Positions 25,901 to 35,643 are shown, numbered from the stretch's first letter. The stretch: DNA of 57,781 nucleotides from a virus (IMGVR_UViG_3300032326_000646:1-57781); one strand, 5' to 3'. Made by a program: numbers and translations. Notes: generated by a model from the sequence alone, not told the origin.

Positions 25901-26665
25901 TCTTCTCCATATTTATATTTAACAAAAACTAGCGGTATCCAGTTAAAAGGAACTTATGACCCTCTAGTAAACAGAGGGCTTGCTATACCAGTTAATTCAA
26001 GTAGGGCTGATGGGTTTAAGGTTATTGCTATGCAACTTGCTATTAGATTTGATGGAGACTATTTCCCATACGCACCAACAGAAATTTTTGAAATAGAAAG
26101 TAAAGGCTCTTATATTAAATTCTATCTTGTAGCATGTGATCCAAGCGGAAGACGAGCAAAAATTTATGCTATTGATACAAAGACTGGTTTAATTCAAAAT
26201 GGAATAGGATTTTATTGGAATGGAAGAATTGTAAAAGAGCCAGTTGTAAGTCTTCAGGATTGGGGATTTTTGGGTATTAGTTTTGCAGATAGTTTAGACT
26301 TTTCGTATTTTGAGGGGGCGATCAGACTTACTGGTCCACTATTGTTCAATAATATATCTTTTTATCAATCAACAAATCTACAAGAGGTTCAGAATGTTTC
26401 TGAAAGACCTTGGTTTAGGGTTAAAGTTCTTAAATCATCCCAATTAGACTGGAAATTTTGGAATACAGGCTCTTTTAATTGGAACAAGGTGCTTGTTTTG
26501 TCAGAAACAAGTTATTATGGGGTAAGCCCATCCGAAGTTTATAAGAGTTATACAGGAACTAATAAGATTATTATAGACGATGAAAAGGTTTTGAGGTTTG
26601 GAAATTATAAGTACACTGGATACTCGGATGTAGGTTGGAACCAAATAGTAGTTGATCCAGTTTAA
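22919..26665 (+). CDS. Large virion protein with LamG/ConA-like domains
   Basis: YAEKVFAEHPTGLWALDD and YTLETWLR motifs; 1248 aa, beta-rich. Confidence 0.6.
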   Translation: MSTPSNLYAEKVFAEHPTGLWALDDNADYISLISEQQRVLSDSTKWDIIGGVANNFSQSLGEPFPGSYVGRVIANTTPNQNSSVILRSKEIIDSSDLNTYLRTFSVGAYLYSESPYISGFEIGYQQKDTTSGQDVLYLKSFDTVINNSWIFISETFDAPKNKSGIKLVIKINFVGSSETENSFRVNGITFGQWSEEFSSTSLGTNLIDIPSNISIAPQKGVVARCYGLQELNGYYLAANNMLKAKNSGIPLVYGTPGHTTLYSNSNLPSLIIPGVGMLNKSGQYREYTLETWLRVNSYTNETKKIIGPIGSSDGVYVDGPSIGLKIGTEYKTNYIGEWTRPMLVHLKIGKDSASLLINGDEVVSVPYSQELANLPSKLNNGKDQDWIGFYAYDDVSPIDIDCVGIYPYLVATQVAKRRYVFGQGVEIPENINTSYSGTSVAIDYSFADYTANYSYPKTGSWGQGFGDNISTLNKSISVISHPLPELVLSSKTKSELFQDNKVSNQVEDSSSFFYDTKEYFSFRPNSSWSSVFGYLFFENFDFLKTPVSAFYGCFQLKNNATTPQILFKIEKENTSNYFKIQVENNILKYIININGQSKILCSSEVLSPNEFFEAGVNIPKFVEIFGNPASDFFGSLGDLRLYVGGDKTNTQQFTGKIYNVGFSTNHNFQKIKNLFNEIGIPKLNEDLFFAYLNDQSIDIDGGIDTTSLPPYGGTTDTVLGAVSGGGVVLLEEDFLIEHTASYTLVPDILFDKYTLSVASNAYWEDNIPLTYFAESVFDKRGDQYFDLDFIQFNINYPIPTKTIAIETDAISWTYADLANEYGVPVQRTYASLDNYLFTGYNDYEDLKNKIAKDYKYDTDGALVKTYVTFQYTELGANATAQYFIKTERPSRDGVLIPGSDWMTTKYEVVDNMIIYPPSGVDFNDLSIVTHIDINIKNSETNNVSIKNMSYSSQSFNDSDASPIGTRFGTPLYPYTKTGIYYNFKNNNPFSIYNASSPYLYLTKTSGIQLKGTYDPLVNRGLAIPVNSSRADGFKVIAMQLAIRFDGDYFPYAPTEIFEIESKGSYIKFYLVACDPSGRRAKIYAIDTKTGLIQNGIGFYWNGRIVKEPVVSLQDWGFLGISFADSLDFSYFEGAIRLTGPLLFNNISFYQSTNLQEVQNVSERPWFRVKVLKSSQLDWKFWNTGSFNWNKVLVLSETSYYGVSPSEVYKSYTGTNKIIIDDEKVLRFGNYKYTGYSDVGWNQIVVDPV

Positions 26666-26683
26666 TATGGTATACTTATAGTT

Positions 26684-27070
26684 ATGGATTCACTAATAGA
26701 CCCAAAAACTGGTCAACCAATTGTAAAAAATGTTAGACGACAGGTAATTGAAAAGAATTACGACTGGGGTCTTTATGTATACAAGAAGGCTAATGGTAAG
26801 TGGTTTACAGACGGAAATGGTTCTGTACTCAACATTCCCTCAGACAAGAATGACATTTCCAGAATGGCAGAATTAAAAAAGACTGCAATGCATTACGGTG
26901 ATCCAGGAGATGGAACATGTGTATTTGTTCCAGGACTAACAAGAGTTTCTGAAGAAGAATATTCGGAACAAGTTGATCGCCTAAAGGCTGGACTTATTCC
27001 TTCACTAAATGATCTAGGAGCCGTTCAAGCAGCAAAAGATACAATTGCTAAGTATGGGGATGAGGAGTAG
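26684..27070 (+). CDS. Hypothetical protein upstream of portal
   Basis: Leaderless start (TGGTATACT + 7 nt); abuts the portal gene. Confidence 0.7.
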   Translation: MDSLIDPKTGQPIVKNVRRQVIEKNYDWGLYVYKKANGKWFTDGNGSVLNIPSDKNDISRMAELKKTAMHYGDPGDGTCVFVPGLTRVSEEEYSEQVDRLKAGLIPSLNDLGAVQAAKDTIAKYGDEE

Positions 27071-27072
27071 TC

Positions 27073-28665
27073 ATGCAAGAAAATGAGTACGAAATCGGTG
27101 CAAGAATTGACGAAGCAGCAAAGAAAGACGATACATTTGCAAAGTCAGATCCATTTAATGGCAACTGGGAAACACTAAAAACTTTAGATGGTTTAGATTC
27201 AAACTTTAAAAGAAGAACAAACAGACTTTCAACCAAGATGGTTGAGCCAACTACACAATACACAACTGCAGCACTTGCTGGAAAAAGCGGTATTGATGGA
27301 GCACAGTCAAAAGAGATAAACCCAGGATTAGTCTACGTAAACGGCTATGGAATGTTCGATGTAATAACACCACCATGGAATCTTTATGAATTAGCAAACT
27401 ACTACGATACATCATTTGCAAACCACGCAGCAATTGATGCAAAGGTAGAAAACATTGTTGGCCTGGGATATGAGTTTAAGGTTTCTCCAAGAACAATGAT
27501 GAGACTAGAAGCGTCAGAAGATAACAGCGCAACACAAAAAGCAAGAAAGAGAATTGAAAGAGCAAAGATTGAAATGCGTGATTGGCTGGAGTCTCTAAAT
27601 GATGACGACTCTTTTACAGCCACAATGGAAAAAGTTTATACAGATCTTCAGTCAACAGGTAATGGTTACTTAGAAATTGGTAGAACAACTCGTGGAGAAA
27701 TTGGATACGTTGGACATATACCAGCAACAACAATGAGAGTTAGAAGACTAAAAGACGGATACGTTCAGATCATTGGAAACAAAATTGTTTACTTCCGCAA
27801 CTTTGGGGCAAAGAATCAAAACCCACTAACCACAGATGCTAGACCAAATGAAATTATTCACTTTAAGCAGTACTCACCTCTAAATACATTCTACGGAGTG
27901 CCAGACATAATGTCGGCCATAAACTCACTACATGGAGATTCTCTTGCTTCACAATACAATATTGATTATTTTGCAAACAAGGCAGTCCCAAGATATGTTG
28001 TAACATTAAAGGGTGCCAAACTTTCTGGAGATGCAGAAGACAAGATGTTTAGATTCTTACAGACAAGTCTCAGGGGGCAGTCTCACAGAACGCTATATAT
28101 TCCACTTCCAGGTGATAGCGAAAACAATAAAGTTGAATTTAAGATGGAGCCCATCGAAGACGGTATACAGGACGGCTCATTTAAAGAGTATCGTAAACAA
28201 AACCGTGATGATATCCTAGTAGCACATCAAGTGCCATTATCTAAACTTGGAGGTGGCGATTCTGGTTCTATTGCAGCAGCACTTGCACAGGATCGCACCT
28301 TTAAGGAACAAGTTGCAAGACCAGCACAAAGACAATTAGAAAAAATGATTAATAAAATCATTCGTGAAAAGACAGATATTATTGAGTTTGTGTTTAATGA
28401 ATTAACACTAACTGATGAAATAGCACAGTCTCAAATTCTTGAAAGATATGTTAAGAATCAAATAATGACTCCCAATGAAGCACGAGTTGTTTTAGATATG
28501 CCACAAAGAGATGGTGGGGATGATGTCTTAGATCTAAGTCCAGCAGCATCATCAGAAGCAAGGACAACAAGATCAAGAGACACAGAAAGAACAAATAATA
28601 ATTCAGATAGCACTTCTACAGTTGCTGGACGAAACCCAAAAGGTGAAGGGCGATCTTCCCAATAA
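27073..28665 (+). CDS. Portal protein
   Basis: TGNGYLE, EIIHFK, YGVPD, YFANKAVP, MTPNEAR. Confidence 0.92.
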   Translation: MQENEYEIGARIDEAAKKDDTFAKSDPFNGNWETLKTLDGLDSNFKRRTNRLSTKMVEPTTQYTTAALAGKSGIDGAQSKEINPGLVYVNGYGMFDVITPPWNLYELANYYDTSFANHAAIDAKVENIVGLGYEFKVSPRTMMRLEASEDNSATQKARKRIERAKIEMRDWLESLNDDDSFTATMEKVYTDLQSTGNGYLEIGRTTRGEIGYVGHIPATTMRVRRLKDGYVQIIGNKIVYFRNFGAKNQNPLTTDARPNEIIHFKQYSPLNTFYGVPDIMSAINSLHGDSLASQYNIDYFANKAVPRYVVTLKGAKLSGDAEDKMFRFLQTSLRGQSHRTLYIPLPGDSENNKVEFKMEPIEDGIQDGSFKEYRKQNRDDILVAHQVPLSKLGGGDSGSIAAALAQDRTFKEQVARPAQRQLEKMINKIIREKTDIIEFVFNELTLTDEIAQSQILERYVKNQIMTPNEARVVLDMPQRDGGDDVLDLSPAASSEARTTRSRDTERTNNNSDSTSTVAGRNPKGEGRSSQ

Positions 28666-29258
28666 TGAAGTCTATATGCAAGTCTAATTTTTTTGATGAC
28701 GAAACTTTTAATAAAATAAAAAAAAATGTTTTAGAAAAAATAAATGATAAAAATGAGATTCGTTATAGCAAAGAGTTTAGAAGATACTTCAGAATCGTTT
28801 CTTTACCAGATGACATTAAAGATGTGCTGCTAGATATAGCGAAACAAGAAGTCCAGGATCAAGACCTGGAAATTATTTACAGCCAAGTTGTTAGATATCA
28901 GATTAAAGATGGTGCTATTCCAGAATTAAGAGAGCATAAAGATTCAGCAAATGGTGAGTGGGTTATGGATATAGTTATTGATGCCACCGTTGATTGGCCT
29001 CTAGTAATTGACGGCCAAAGTTTTTCAAATATCGAAAACTCTGTTTTTTTTATAAAGGGAGAAGAGGACCTACACTCTAGACCAGATTTCCCTTCTCAAA
29101 GCGAAGACGACTATGTTCTTCTTCTTTTTGTTCATTTAGCCAATAAGCATACCCACTATGCAAGGATATCCAGAGAGATCTTTAGTATGGATGAAAAAAA
29201 CCTTAATACCTTCTTGAGAGTCATCAAGCCTGCCTGGGGAGAGTATGAAGATTCTTAG
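28665..29258 (+). CDS. 2OG-Fe(II) oxygenase-like protein
   Basis: LREHKD (HxD), WPLVID, GEEDLHSR, LFVH. Confidence 0.7.
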   Translation: MKSICKSNFFDDETFNKIKKNVLEKINDKNEIRYSKEFRRYFRIVSLPDDIKDVLLDIAKQEVQDQDLEIIYSQVVRYQIKDGAIPELREHKDSANGEWVMDIVIDATVDWPLVIDGQSFSNIENSVFFIKGEEDLHSRPDFPSQSEDDYVLLLFVHLANKHTHYARISREIFSMDEKNLNTFLRVIKPAWGEYEDS

Positions 29259-29308
29259 AATTCAGTATCTCAGTATTCAAGATATGAAAAAAAGGGGTAT
29301 ATAATATA

Positions 29309-30646
29309 ATGGTGAGCAATATATCTAAAGCCCATTGGAATTCAGATGGGGAAAATCTTCGTCTTTCGATGCCTTTTAGCAAGGTAGACAAAGAACGACG
29401 CATCGTTTCAGGTTTTGCATCTCTAGACAATTTAGATAAGCAAAACGATATTGTTACATCTGAAGCATCAATGAATGCATTTGCAAAGTTTCGTGGAAAC
29501 ATTAGAGAAATGCACCAGCCACTTGCAGTTGGCAAAATGATTAACTTCAAAGAAGACAAGTACTTTGATCCAGAATCAAAGAAGTTTTATAAAGGTGTTT
29601 TTGTTTCTGCATATGTTTCAAAAGGCGCACAAGATACTTGGGAAAAAGTTCTTGATGGAACACTAACAGGTTTTTCCATTGGCGGAAGAATGAATAAGTG
29701 GGATGACGGGTATGACGAAAAGTCAGACTCACAAATTAGAATTATTAAGGATTATGATCTTGTTGAGTTGAGTCTTGTAGATTCCCCAGCAAATCAGTTT
29801 GCAAACATTATGTCAGTTGAAAAAGTTGATGGTGTAGATATTATCAAAGCAGACGACACAGTATTAGAAAATGTTTTTTATGATAAAGAAAATGGAATTG
29901 TTATTTCATCTGAAAATGAGTCAGAACTTAGCCCAGTTACTGGAGAACAGATGGAAAATATAGGGTTCGTTGAAAAAACGGATGATGAAAAAACAACAAT
30001 GATAAAATTCTTAGTTGATAGTGCTAAAGGCATTAATACTTCTAAGATTAACAAGGAGGTACAACCTATGACAAAATCAAAAACACAAGTTGAAAAGACA
30101 GACGTAATTGAAGATGTTGTGGTCGCTCCAGAGGCAGATGCATCAGTTGCAGAAGTTACTGAAGAAGTTGCTAAGGCAGAAGAGGTTGAAGCAACAGAAG
30201 TTGCTAAGACTGATGAAGTTGTAGCAGAAGAAATTGCTAAAGCAGAAGATGCTGAAGCAGTTGAAGAAGTAACAGAAGCAGTTGTAGAAGTATCTAAGTC
30301 AGAAGAGGTAATTGCAGAGGCAGTTACCGAAATGAAAAATACTCTAGAATCAGCCTTTAGCGATCTAGTGTCAACAGTAAAGTCTTTGCAAGCAGAAGTA
30401 GAACTTCTTAAGTCTTCAAAGGTAGATGTTGATACAGTAAAGGATTCATTTGCAGCAGTTGCAAAAGATATTGCAGCAGTATCAAATGAGTTTAACGAAT
30501 TTGGAAAACGAGTAGACGCTGTGGAAGCAGACACCGCATTCCGAAAGTCTGGAGATATCGGCGATATCTTCCAGTCTCAGCCTGAAATGGTTGAAAAATC
30601 CCTATGGGGCGGTAGTTTCCTCAAAACAGCCGATCTATTCAAATGA
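29309..30646 (+). CDS. Prohead protease fused to scaffold
   Basis: GFASLDNLDKQND, REMH, GFSIGG, ELSLVDSPAN, then an acidic coiled-coil C-terminus. Confidence 0.88.
   Translation: MVSNISKAHWNSDGENLRLSMPFSKVDKERRIVSGFASLDNLDKQNDIVTSEASMNAFAKFRGNIREMHQPLAVGKMINFKEDKYFDPESKKFYKGVFVSAYVSKGAQDTWEKVLDGTLTGFSIGGRMNKWDDGYDEKSDSQIRIIKDYDLVELSLVDSPANQFANIMSVEKVDGVDIIKADDTVLENVFYDKENGIVISSENESELSPVTGEQMENIGFVEKTDDEKTTMIKFLVDSAKGINTSKINKEVQPMTKSKTQVEKTDVIEDVVVAPEADASVAEVTEEVAKAEEVEATEVAKTDEVVAEEIAKAEDAEAVEEVTEAVVEVSKSEEVIAEAVTEMKNTLESAFSDLVSTVKSLQAEVELLKSSKVDVDTVKDSFAAVAKDIAAVSNEFNEFGKRVDAVEADTAFRKSGDIGDIFQSQPEMVEKSLWGGSFLKTADLFK
30068..30646 (+). CDS. Putative nested in-frame scaffolding protein
   Basis: Internal AAGGAGGT (30053-30060) 7 nt before in-frame ATG 30068. 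Confidence 0.6.
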   Translation: MTKSKTQVEKTDVIEDVVVAPEADASVAEVTEEVAKAEEVEATEVAKTDEVVAEEIAKAEDAEAVEEVTEAVVEVSKSEEVIAEAVTEMKNTLESAFSDLVSTVKSLQAEVELLKSSKVDVDTVKDSFAAVAKDIAAVSNEFNEFGKRVDAVEADTAFRKSGDIGDIFQSQPEMVEKSLWGGSFLKTADLFK

Positions 30647-30669
30647 ACAAATCACTAGGAGGTGACAAT

Positions 30670-31800
30670 ATGTCAGAAGAAATAATCAAAAACCAGCCAG
30701 GCGCTGCGGGAGATCTAGGTGGAACTGCACCAGGACTTTACCAGGGTCAAGGTGCTTTCGCATCAGGTGGAATTGGTGGAGTATCAGATCCAGGTGCAAA
30801 TACACTTGGAAACATTCCAACAGCAACTCTTGGATCTACAAGCGGAGCAAACGCTGTTAACCCTAGTGGTTCAGCGGCTTCTGGAATTTTGCGCCCTGAG
30901 CAGGCACGTCGTTTTATCGACTATGTTTGGGACGCTACAGTATTAGCAAAGGATGGCCGTCGTGTAACAATGAAGGCTAATTCAATGGAACTTGAGAAGG
31001 TAAACGTCGGTGAGCGTGTAATTCGTGCAGCAGCGCAAGCAGTTGGTACATACACAAACACAGGTGCAACATTCTCTAAGGTCGAACTTACTACCAAGAA
31101 GATTCGTCTTGATTGGGAAGTAACAGCAGAATCATTGGAAGATGGTGTAGAAGGTGACGCTCTAGAAGATCACTTGGTACGCTTGATGACCAACGCATTT
31201 GCAAATGATATCGAAGATCTCGCTATCAATGGTGATGGATCAACAGGAGCATTCTTGTCAATCATGCCAGGCTTCGTTAAGAAGGCAAAAGATGGAGACG
31301 CTCATGAGTCAGTTGTAACCGTAGCAGATAATGCTTGGACACCTGATGTAATGCAGGGTATCATCAACGCAATGCCACGCAAGTACCGTGCACTTAAGAA
31401 CAATCTTAAGTTCTACGCAGGTACAGATGCATTCGGTGGAATCGTTAAGAATAACGGTACACTTGCTGATGCAGTAGCAGAAGCATTCGCAGGCCAGATG
31501 CCAGGATCAACCCAGGCAAACCGCCAGTCATATCTTGACGGCATTGGACAGACATTCGGTGGAGCACGTACAACTCGTGTTCTCGGAATTGAAGTTCAGG
31601 AAGTTCCTTACTACCCAGCAGGCTATATCGACTTGACATTCCCTGCAAACCGTGTATGGGGATTCCAGCGTGACATCACTGTAAACCGTGAATACGTAGC
31701 AAAGAAGGACACAATTGAATACACAGTATTCGTCCGCTTTGGTATTCAGTGGGAAGAAGAGGATGCAATCGCATTCGCTGACGCTGCTTCAGATGCATAA
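30670..31800 (+). CDS. Major capsid protein (HK97 fold)
   Basis: GILRPEQARRFID, EDLAINGD, position after the scaffold; GGAGGTG SD before ATG 30670. Confidence 0.9.
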   Translation: MSEEIIKNQPGAAGDLGGTAPGLYQGQGAFASGGIGGVSDPGANTLGNIPTATLGSTSGANAVNPSGSAASGILRPEQARRFIDYVWDATVLAKDGRRVTMKANSMELEKVNVGERVIRAAAQAVGTYTNTGATFSKVELTTKKIRLDWEVTAESLEDGVEGDALEDHLVRLMTNAFANDIEDLAINGDGSTGAFLSIMPGFVKKAKDGDAHESVVTVADNAWTPDVMQGIINAMPRKYRALKNNLKFYAGTDAFGGIVKNNGTLADAVAEAFAGQMPGSTQANRQSYLDGIGQTFGGARTTRVLGIEVQEVPYYPAGYIDLTFPANRVWGFQRDITVNREYVAKKDTIEYTVFVRFGIQWEEEDAIAFADAASDA

Positions 31801-31821
31801 TCTGTAAACAGTACCTTTAAT

Positions 31822-31860
31822 GGGGGGCGGGAGTTCACTCTCCTGTCCCCCTTAATACTT
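31822..31860 (+). terminator. Hairpin after the major capsid gene
   Basis: GGGGGGCGGGAG...CTCCTGTCCCCC followed by an AT-rich tail. Confidence 0.6.
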
Positions 31861-31890
31861 TAATGATATAATACAAACAAGGAGGATACA

Positions 31891-32334
31891 ATGGAAAATA
31901 ATAATGTTTCAGAAAACAAAGAGCAAAAAAACTCTACAGGATACTGGTCAACTCCAGAGCAAGTTGCTGATGCAGCAGCCAAAGTTGAAACAGTTGAAGA
32001 AGCACCAGTTGTCGAAGCACCAGTAGAGGACAAAGAAGCCCCTGCTGCAGTTGTAGAGGCACCAGCAGCAGAAGAGCCAGTTCAGTCCCTAGGATTTACA
32101 AAGACAGGTGCTATTGGATCAATGGCTGCAGATGGACCAAAGAAAACAATTAAGCCAGAAATAGAACTTTCAGATAAGGTAGCAATACACTCAACAAAGA
32201 GTGTTCGCTGGGAATCAGTGGGTTCAATTTCTAAGGGCTACAATATTGTAACAAAGGCACAAGCAGACAAGTGGCTTACACGCTCACATGTTCGTACCGC
32301 CACACCAGAAGAAGTCCAGAAGGCTTTTGGATAA
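31891..32334 (+). CDS. Hypothetical head-associated protein
   Basis: TGATATAAT plus AAGGAGG SD; acidic EAP-rich linker. Confidence 0.7.
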   Translation: MENNNVSENKEQKNSTGYWSTPEQVADAAAKVETVEEAPVVEAPVEDKEAPAAVVEAPAAEEPVQSLGFTKTGAIGSMAADGPKKTIKPEIELSDKVAIHSTKSVRWESVGSISKGYNIVTKAQADKWLTRSHVRTATPEEVQKAFG

Positions 32335-32336
32335 TT

Positions 32337-33233
32337 ATGGAAATATTGAGAGTTTCGCCATATGCAGATATATCTATTGATTTTGTAGTTCCTGCGGGAA
32401 TAACATCATCAACTATAACTGTCACCATAACGGATATGGCGGACCTCTCAGTTTCAACATTAACATTTTTAAATAAAGTAGCAGGCAACACTTTAGACAT
32501 ATCTTTGTCAGGAAAGTACGACTCATCATATAGGGTGGAAATTGTTAAAAATCCTGGAACAGAAAGCGAACAGTTTTTACAAGATGAGACATATGAGATA
32601 GTTAGACCATATGTTGATCCATCAACAAAAGCAACTACAGCATCTGACATAGCGACATACGGTTTAAATGAAGAAATTGCAAGAGCGGTTATTGACTCAA
32701 TAATCCCAGAAGGATTTTATTACAAGAAAAAGGTTTTAAATTTTACAGGAACTGGATCAGATTATTTGCCTATCTGGGATGATGTAAAAAAGGTTTTAGA
32801 GGTATACGAAAACAATAAGTTGGTTGAAGATAGACAGTATGAAGTAACATCAGATAAAACAGCAATTGTTGAAAAATCTACAGACAATATTAATCGTGCA
32901 GAATCTTCTCCATTAGTTTTGCCAGCAGCGTCTTCAGACTCTCTTGATCCTCAGTTCGTATACAGAGGTTTTGGAAAAACTTGGGATTATAGAATTACCG
33001 TTGAGCATGGATACACAGCAGTTCCATCTGACATTATTAGAGCAACAGAAATGCTTGTTCATGACATAGAGTGCGGAAAGTTAGATTATTACAAGAGATT
33101 TATTTCTTCTTATAACACAGATCAGTTTAGAATTCAGTTTGATAAGGGTCTTTTCGAAGGAACAGGAAATATAATCGTAGACAAGATACTTTCCAAGTAT
33201 GCTAAGTCTATTACAAAAATTGGGGTGTTGTAA
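32337..33233 (+). CDS. Head-tail adaptor/connector
   Basis: GYTAVPSDIIRATEML, VDKILSKY; position after capsid. Confidence 0.65.
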   Translation: MEILRVSPYADISIDFVVPAGITSSTITVTITDMADLSVSTLTFLNKVAGNTLDISLSGKYDSSYRVEIVKNPGTESEQFLQDETYEIVRPYVDPSTKATTASDIATYGLNEEIARAVIDSIIPEGFYYKKKVLNFTGTGSDYLPIWDDVKKVLEVYENNKLVEDRQYEVTSDKTAIVEKSTDNINRAESSPLVLPAASSDSLDPQFVYRGFGKTWDYRITVEHGYTAVPSDIIRATEMLVHDIECGKLDYYKRFISSYNTDQFRIQFDKGLFEGTGNIIVDKILSKYAKSITKIGVL

Positions 33234-33682
33234 TGACAGTTTGTGAGACACCAGACTTTATGTTTCCAATGCAGGCATCTGTGTATCATCCAATAGTTGA
33301 GCAAGGCGACTTTGGCTCAATCAAAAAGCACTGGGTTTTAGATAGAGTTTTTGCGTGTAGTTTTAGTTCTGGCGGTTCTGCATTTAAAGAAGAAGTAAAG
33401 CCAAACGTAAATATTACACAAAACTCGATCCTTGTTGGAAGAGCAAAGTCAGACATTAGAATTTCTTCTCTTGATAGTAAGAATGCTTTAACAAATATCT
33501 TGATATCTGACATTAAGGATCAAGAAGGAAATTTAATATATATGGAAACATCTGGTCCTAGATCTGGAAAAGGAACCTTATTTGAGATAGCAACCTTTGA
33601 GCCTTTTACTGGACCGTTTGGAACTGTAGAGTCTTATAAGTTAGTAATAAGAAGATCAGAAAATCAGTCAGGTGACGTATGA
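33233..33682 (+). CDS. Head closure (stopper) protein
   Basis: Position, size and GDFGSIKKHW pattern. Confidence 0.5.
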   Translation: MTVCETPDFMFPMQASVYHPIVEQGDFGSIKKHWVLDRVFACSFSSGGSAFKEEVKPNVNITQNSILVGRAKSDIRISSLDSKNALTNILISDIKDQEGNLIYMETSGPRSGKGTLFEIATFEPFTGPFGTVESYKLVIRRSENQSGDV

Positions 33683-34353
33683 GAGCCGTATTTGCTTCTA
33701 GCCAATTTAAAAAAGAAATGAACAATATAGTAGATTACTCTATAGGATTTTTAGAGGGCATACAAAGAGGTAAGACAGTATTCCTAAAAACAGTAGGACT
33801 AGAAACAGTAGAATTGATGAAAGAGTTTATAGATTCAAATGCAAGAGTTAATCCAGAAATGCTTCACCATATATATGAATGGAATCAGACTGGTAGCCCA
33901 AGTGCAAGGCTTTACGATATTTCTTATACAACTAGTAATCTAGGTCTTTCTTTTAGATCATCTTTTAGTCAGTCAACATCTATTAAGAACGGATCAAGAA
34001 CTCCTTTTTATGATAAGGCAAGAATTATGGAAGAAGGAATCCCAGTTACTATTAGGCCACGGATTGCACAAACTTTGGCTTTTGAAGATAACGGAGAAAC
34101 TGTGTTTACAAAAGGACCAGTAAGGGTAGACAACCCTGGAGGAGCAGAAGTGGAAGGCGGGTTTGAAAGAGTCTTTGATATGTTCTTTAATAGATATTTT
34201 TCACAAGCATTTTTACGAGTAAGCGGTATAGCAAAATATTTAGAAAATCCTTATGTATATAAAAAGAATATGTTAGCAGGAAAGAATATGGGAAGATCTA
34301 AAGGCTTGTCTACAGGTTATCGATGGATTGCTAACGCAGGGGTAGGTGCATAA
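33679..34353 (+). CDS. Neck/tail-completion protein
   Basis: KARIMEEG motif; position. Confidence 0.5.
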   Translation: MRAVFASSQFKKEMNNIVDYSIGFLEGIQRGKTVFLKTVGLETVELMKEFIDSNARVNPEMLHHIYEWNQTGSPSARLYDISYTTSNLGLSFRSSFSQSTSIKNGSRTPFYDKARIMEEGIPVTIRPRIAQTLAFEDNGETVFTKGPVRVDNPGGAEVEGGFERVFDMFFNRYFSQAFLRVSGIAKYLENPYVYKKNMLAGKNMGRSKGLSTGYRWIANAGVGA

Positions 34354-34916
34354 TGTCTGCAATAATTCACCATCCACCTACAATCATCAATGCATATCTT
34401 GCTTCAAATATTGACCCAAACTTTGATTTAGATGACCAGTCTGTTTCAGTTATGGGAGTGCCAGGAAACAGGTCAACAGGAATAACATACTTCTTCCCAA
34501 CACTTCCAACAGACATTGAAAATCTAACGACAATGTTTCCACAAAGCAATGAGGTTTTTGGAGTATACGACAGAATGTTTAAAATGAGAAGAACTCCATT
34601 TCCATACATCAAGTGTGAACAACTGTTATATTATTTCTACGCAGTTGGACCAGAGGCAAGTTCTAAGATGGTTGTTACTCAGCAGCAAATAAGTGATCTT
34701 CTGGACAATGGTGATGACTCAGCAAAAGATATTAATGATTGGGCAGCAGCAAATACAGGTAAATGGGATACAGAGTCTAAGCCCATTTTCTTCCATAACT
34801 TTAAGATATACCAACTAGAAGAAACTAGAGACATTATTGACTTTGGAACAGCCCGTACCTATGCGGGTAATAAGATAATTATTGATTACGACTGGCACCC
34901 CGTAAACCCTCAATAA
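34353..34916 (+). CDS. Tail terminator-like protein
   Basis: Immediately precedes the tail tube gene. Confidence 0.45.
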   Translation: MSAIIHHPPTIINAYLASNIDPNFDLDDQSVSVMGVPGNRSTGITYFFPTLPTDIENLTTMFPQSNEVFGVYDRMFKMRRTPFPYIKCEQLLYYFYAVGPEASSKMVVTQQQISDLLDNGDDSAKDINDWAAANTGKWDTESKPIFFHNFKIYQLEETRDIIDFGTARTYAGNKIIIDYDWHPVNPQ

Positions 34917-34977
34917 ACGGTGTTATAATTAAGATGAGGAAACAACCCCCTTTTAATAAAATGAAAGAGGTGAAAAT

Positions 34978-35628
34978 ATGGCATACAGCCGTGGTTCAAG
35001 TAGCAATATCATCGTAGGTGCAGCAGCACTATTTACGCATGACGCAGGTCCAATCGGATACCTAAATGGAGCAATCACTGATACTCAAGCAGCATCAGAT
35101 CTTCCAGTATTTACAGCATCCGCAACTTCCTATAAGGATACATTGTCTTCAGACGATGCATTCACAAACGTAGGATACACATCAAATGGTTTGGAACTCG
35201 CATTCCAGCCAGATTTTGGTGATGTAGCAGTAGATCAACTTCTCGACGTTGCTCGTCTTTTCAAGCAAGGTATGACAGTTAATCTAAATACATCTTTTGC
35301 AGAATCAACACTAGAAAATCTTCTAGTAGCGATTGCAGGAAATGACACAGATTTAACATCAGCATCAGGAGTTTCACAACTTCGTATGTCTGCTGGTGAC
35401 ATTGGCGACGTTCCACTAGAACGTGGTCTAGTAGCAGTAGGACCAGGATCTGGTTCTTCTCTAGAGCCAAAGGAAAGAATCTATGTTGCATACCGTGCAC
35501 TCTCAATCGAGAATGTTACAGTATCAGCAAAGCGTGATGAAGCAACAATGTTTGAAGTTTCATTCCGTCTTCTTCCAAATGACAACGCATCATACGGTAA
35601 GATCGTAGATCGTTCACTAGAAGCATAA
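34978..35628 (+). CDS. Major tail (tube) protein
   Basis: NIIVGAA, VGYTSNG, VDQLLD, ESTLENL, FEVSFRLLP; GAGGTG SD. Confidence 0.85.
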   Translation: MAYSRGSSSNIIVGAAALFTHDAGPIGYLNGAITDTQAASDLPVFTASATSYKDTLSSDDAFTNVGYTSNGLELAFQPDFGDVAVDQLLDVARLFKQGMTVNLNTSFAESTLENLLVAIAGNDTDLTSASGVSQLRMSAGDIGDVPLERGLVAVGPGSGSSLEPKERIYVAYRALSIENVTVSAKRDEATMFEVSFRLLPNDNASYGKIVDRSLEA

Positions 35629-35643
35629 TACAACTTAATATAT

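Noticed and set aside
29878-30534. 218-aa Ser/Thr/Ala-rich minus-strand ORF
   Set aside because: Antisense shadow of the Glu/Ala/Val-rich scaffold; the same applies to other short antisense ORFs within the TMP and tail genes
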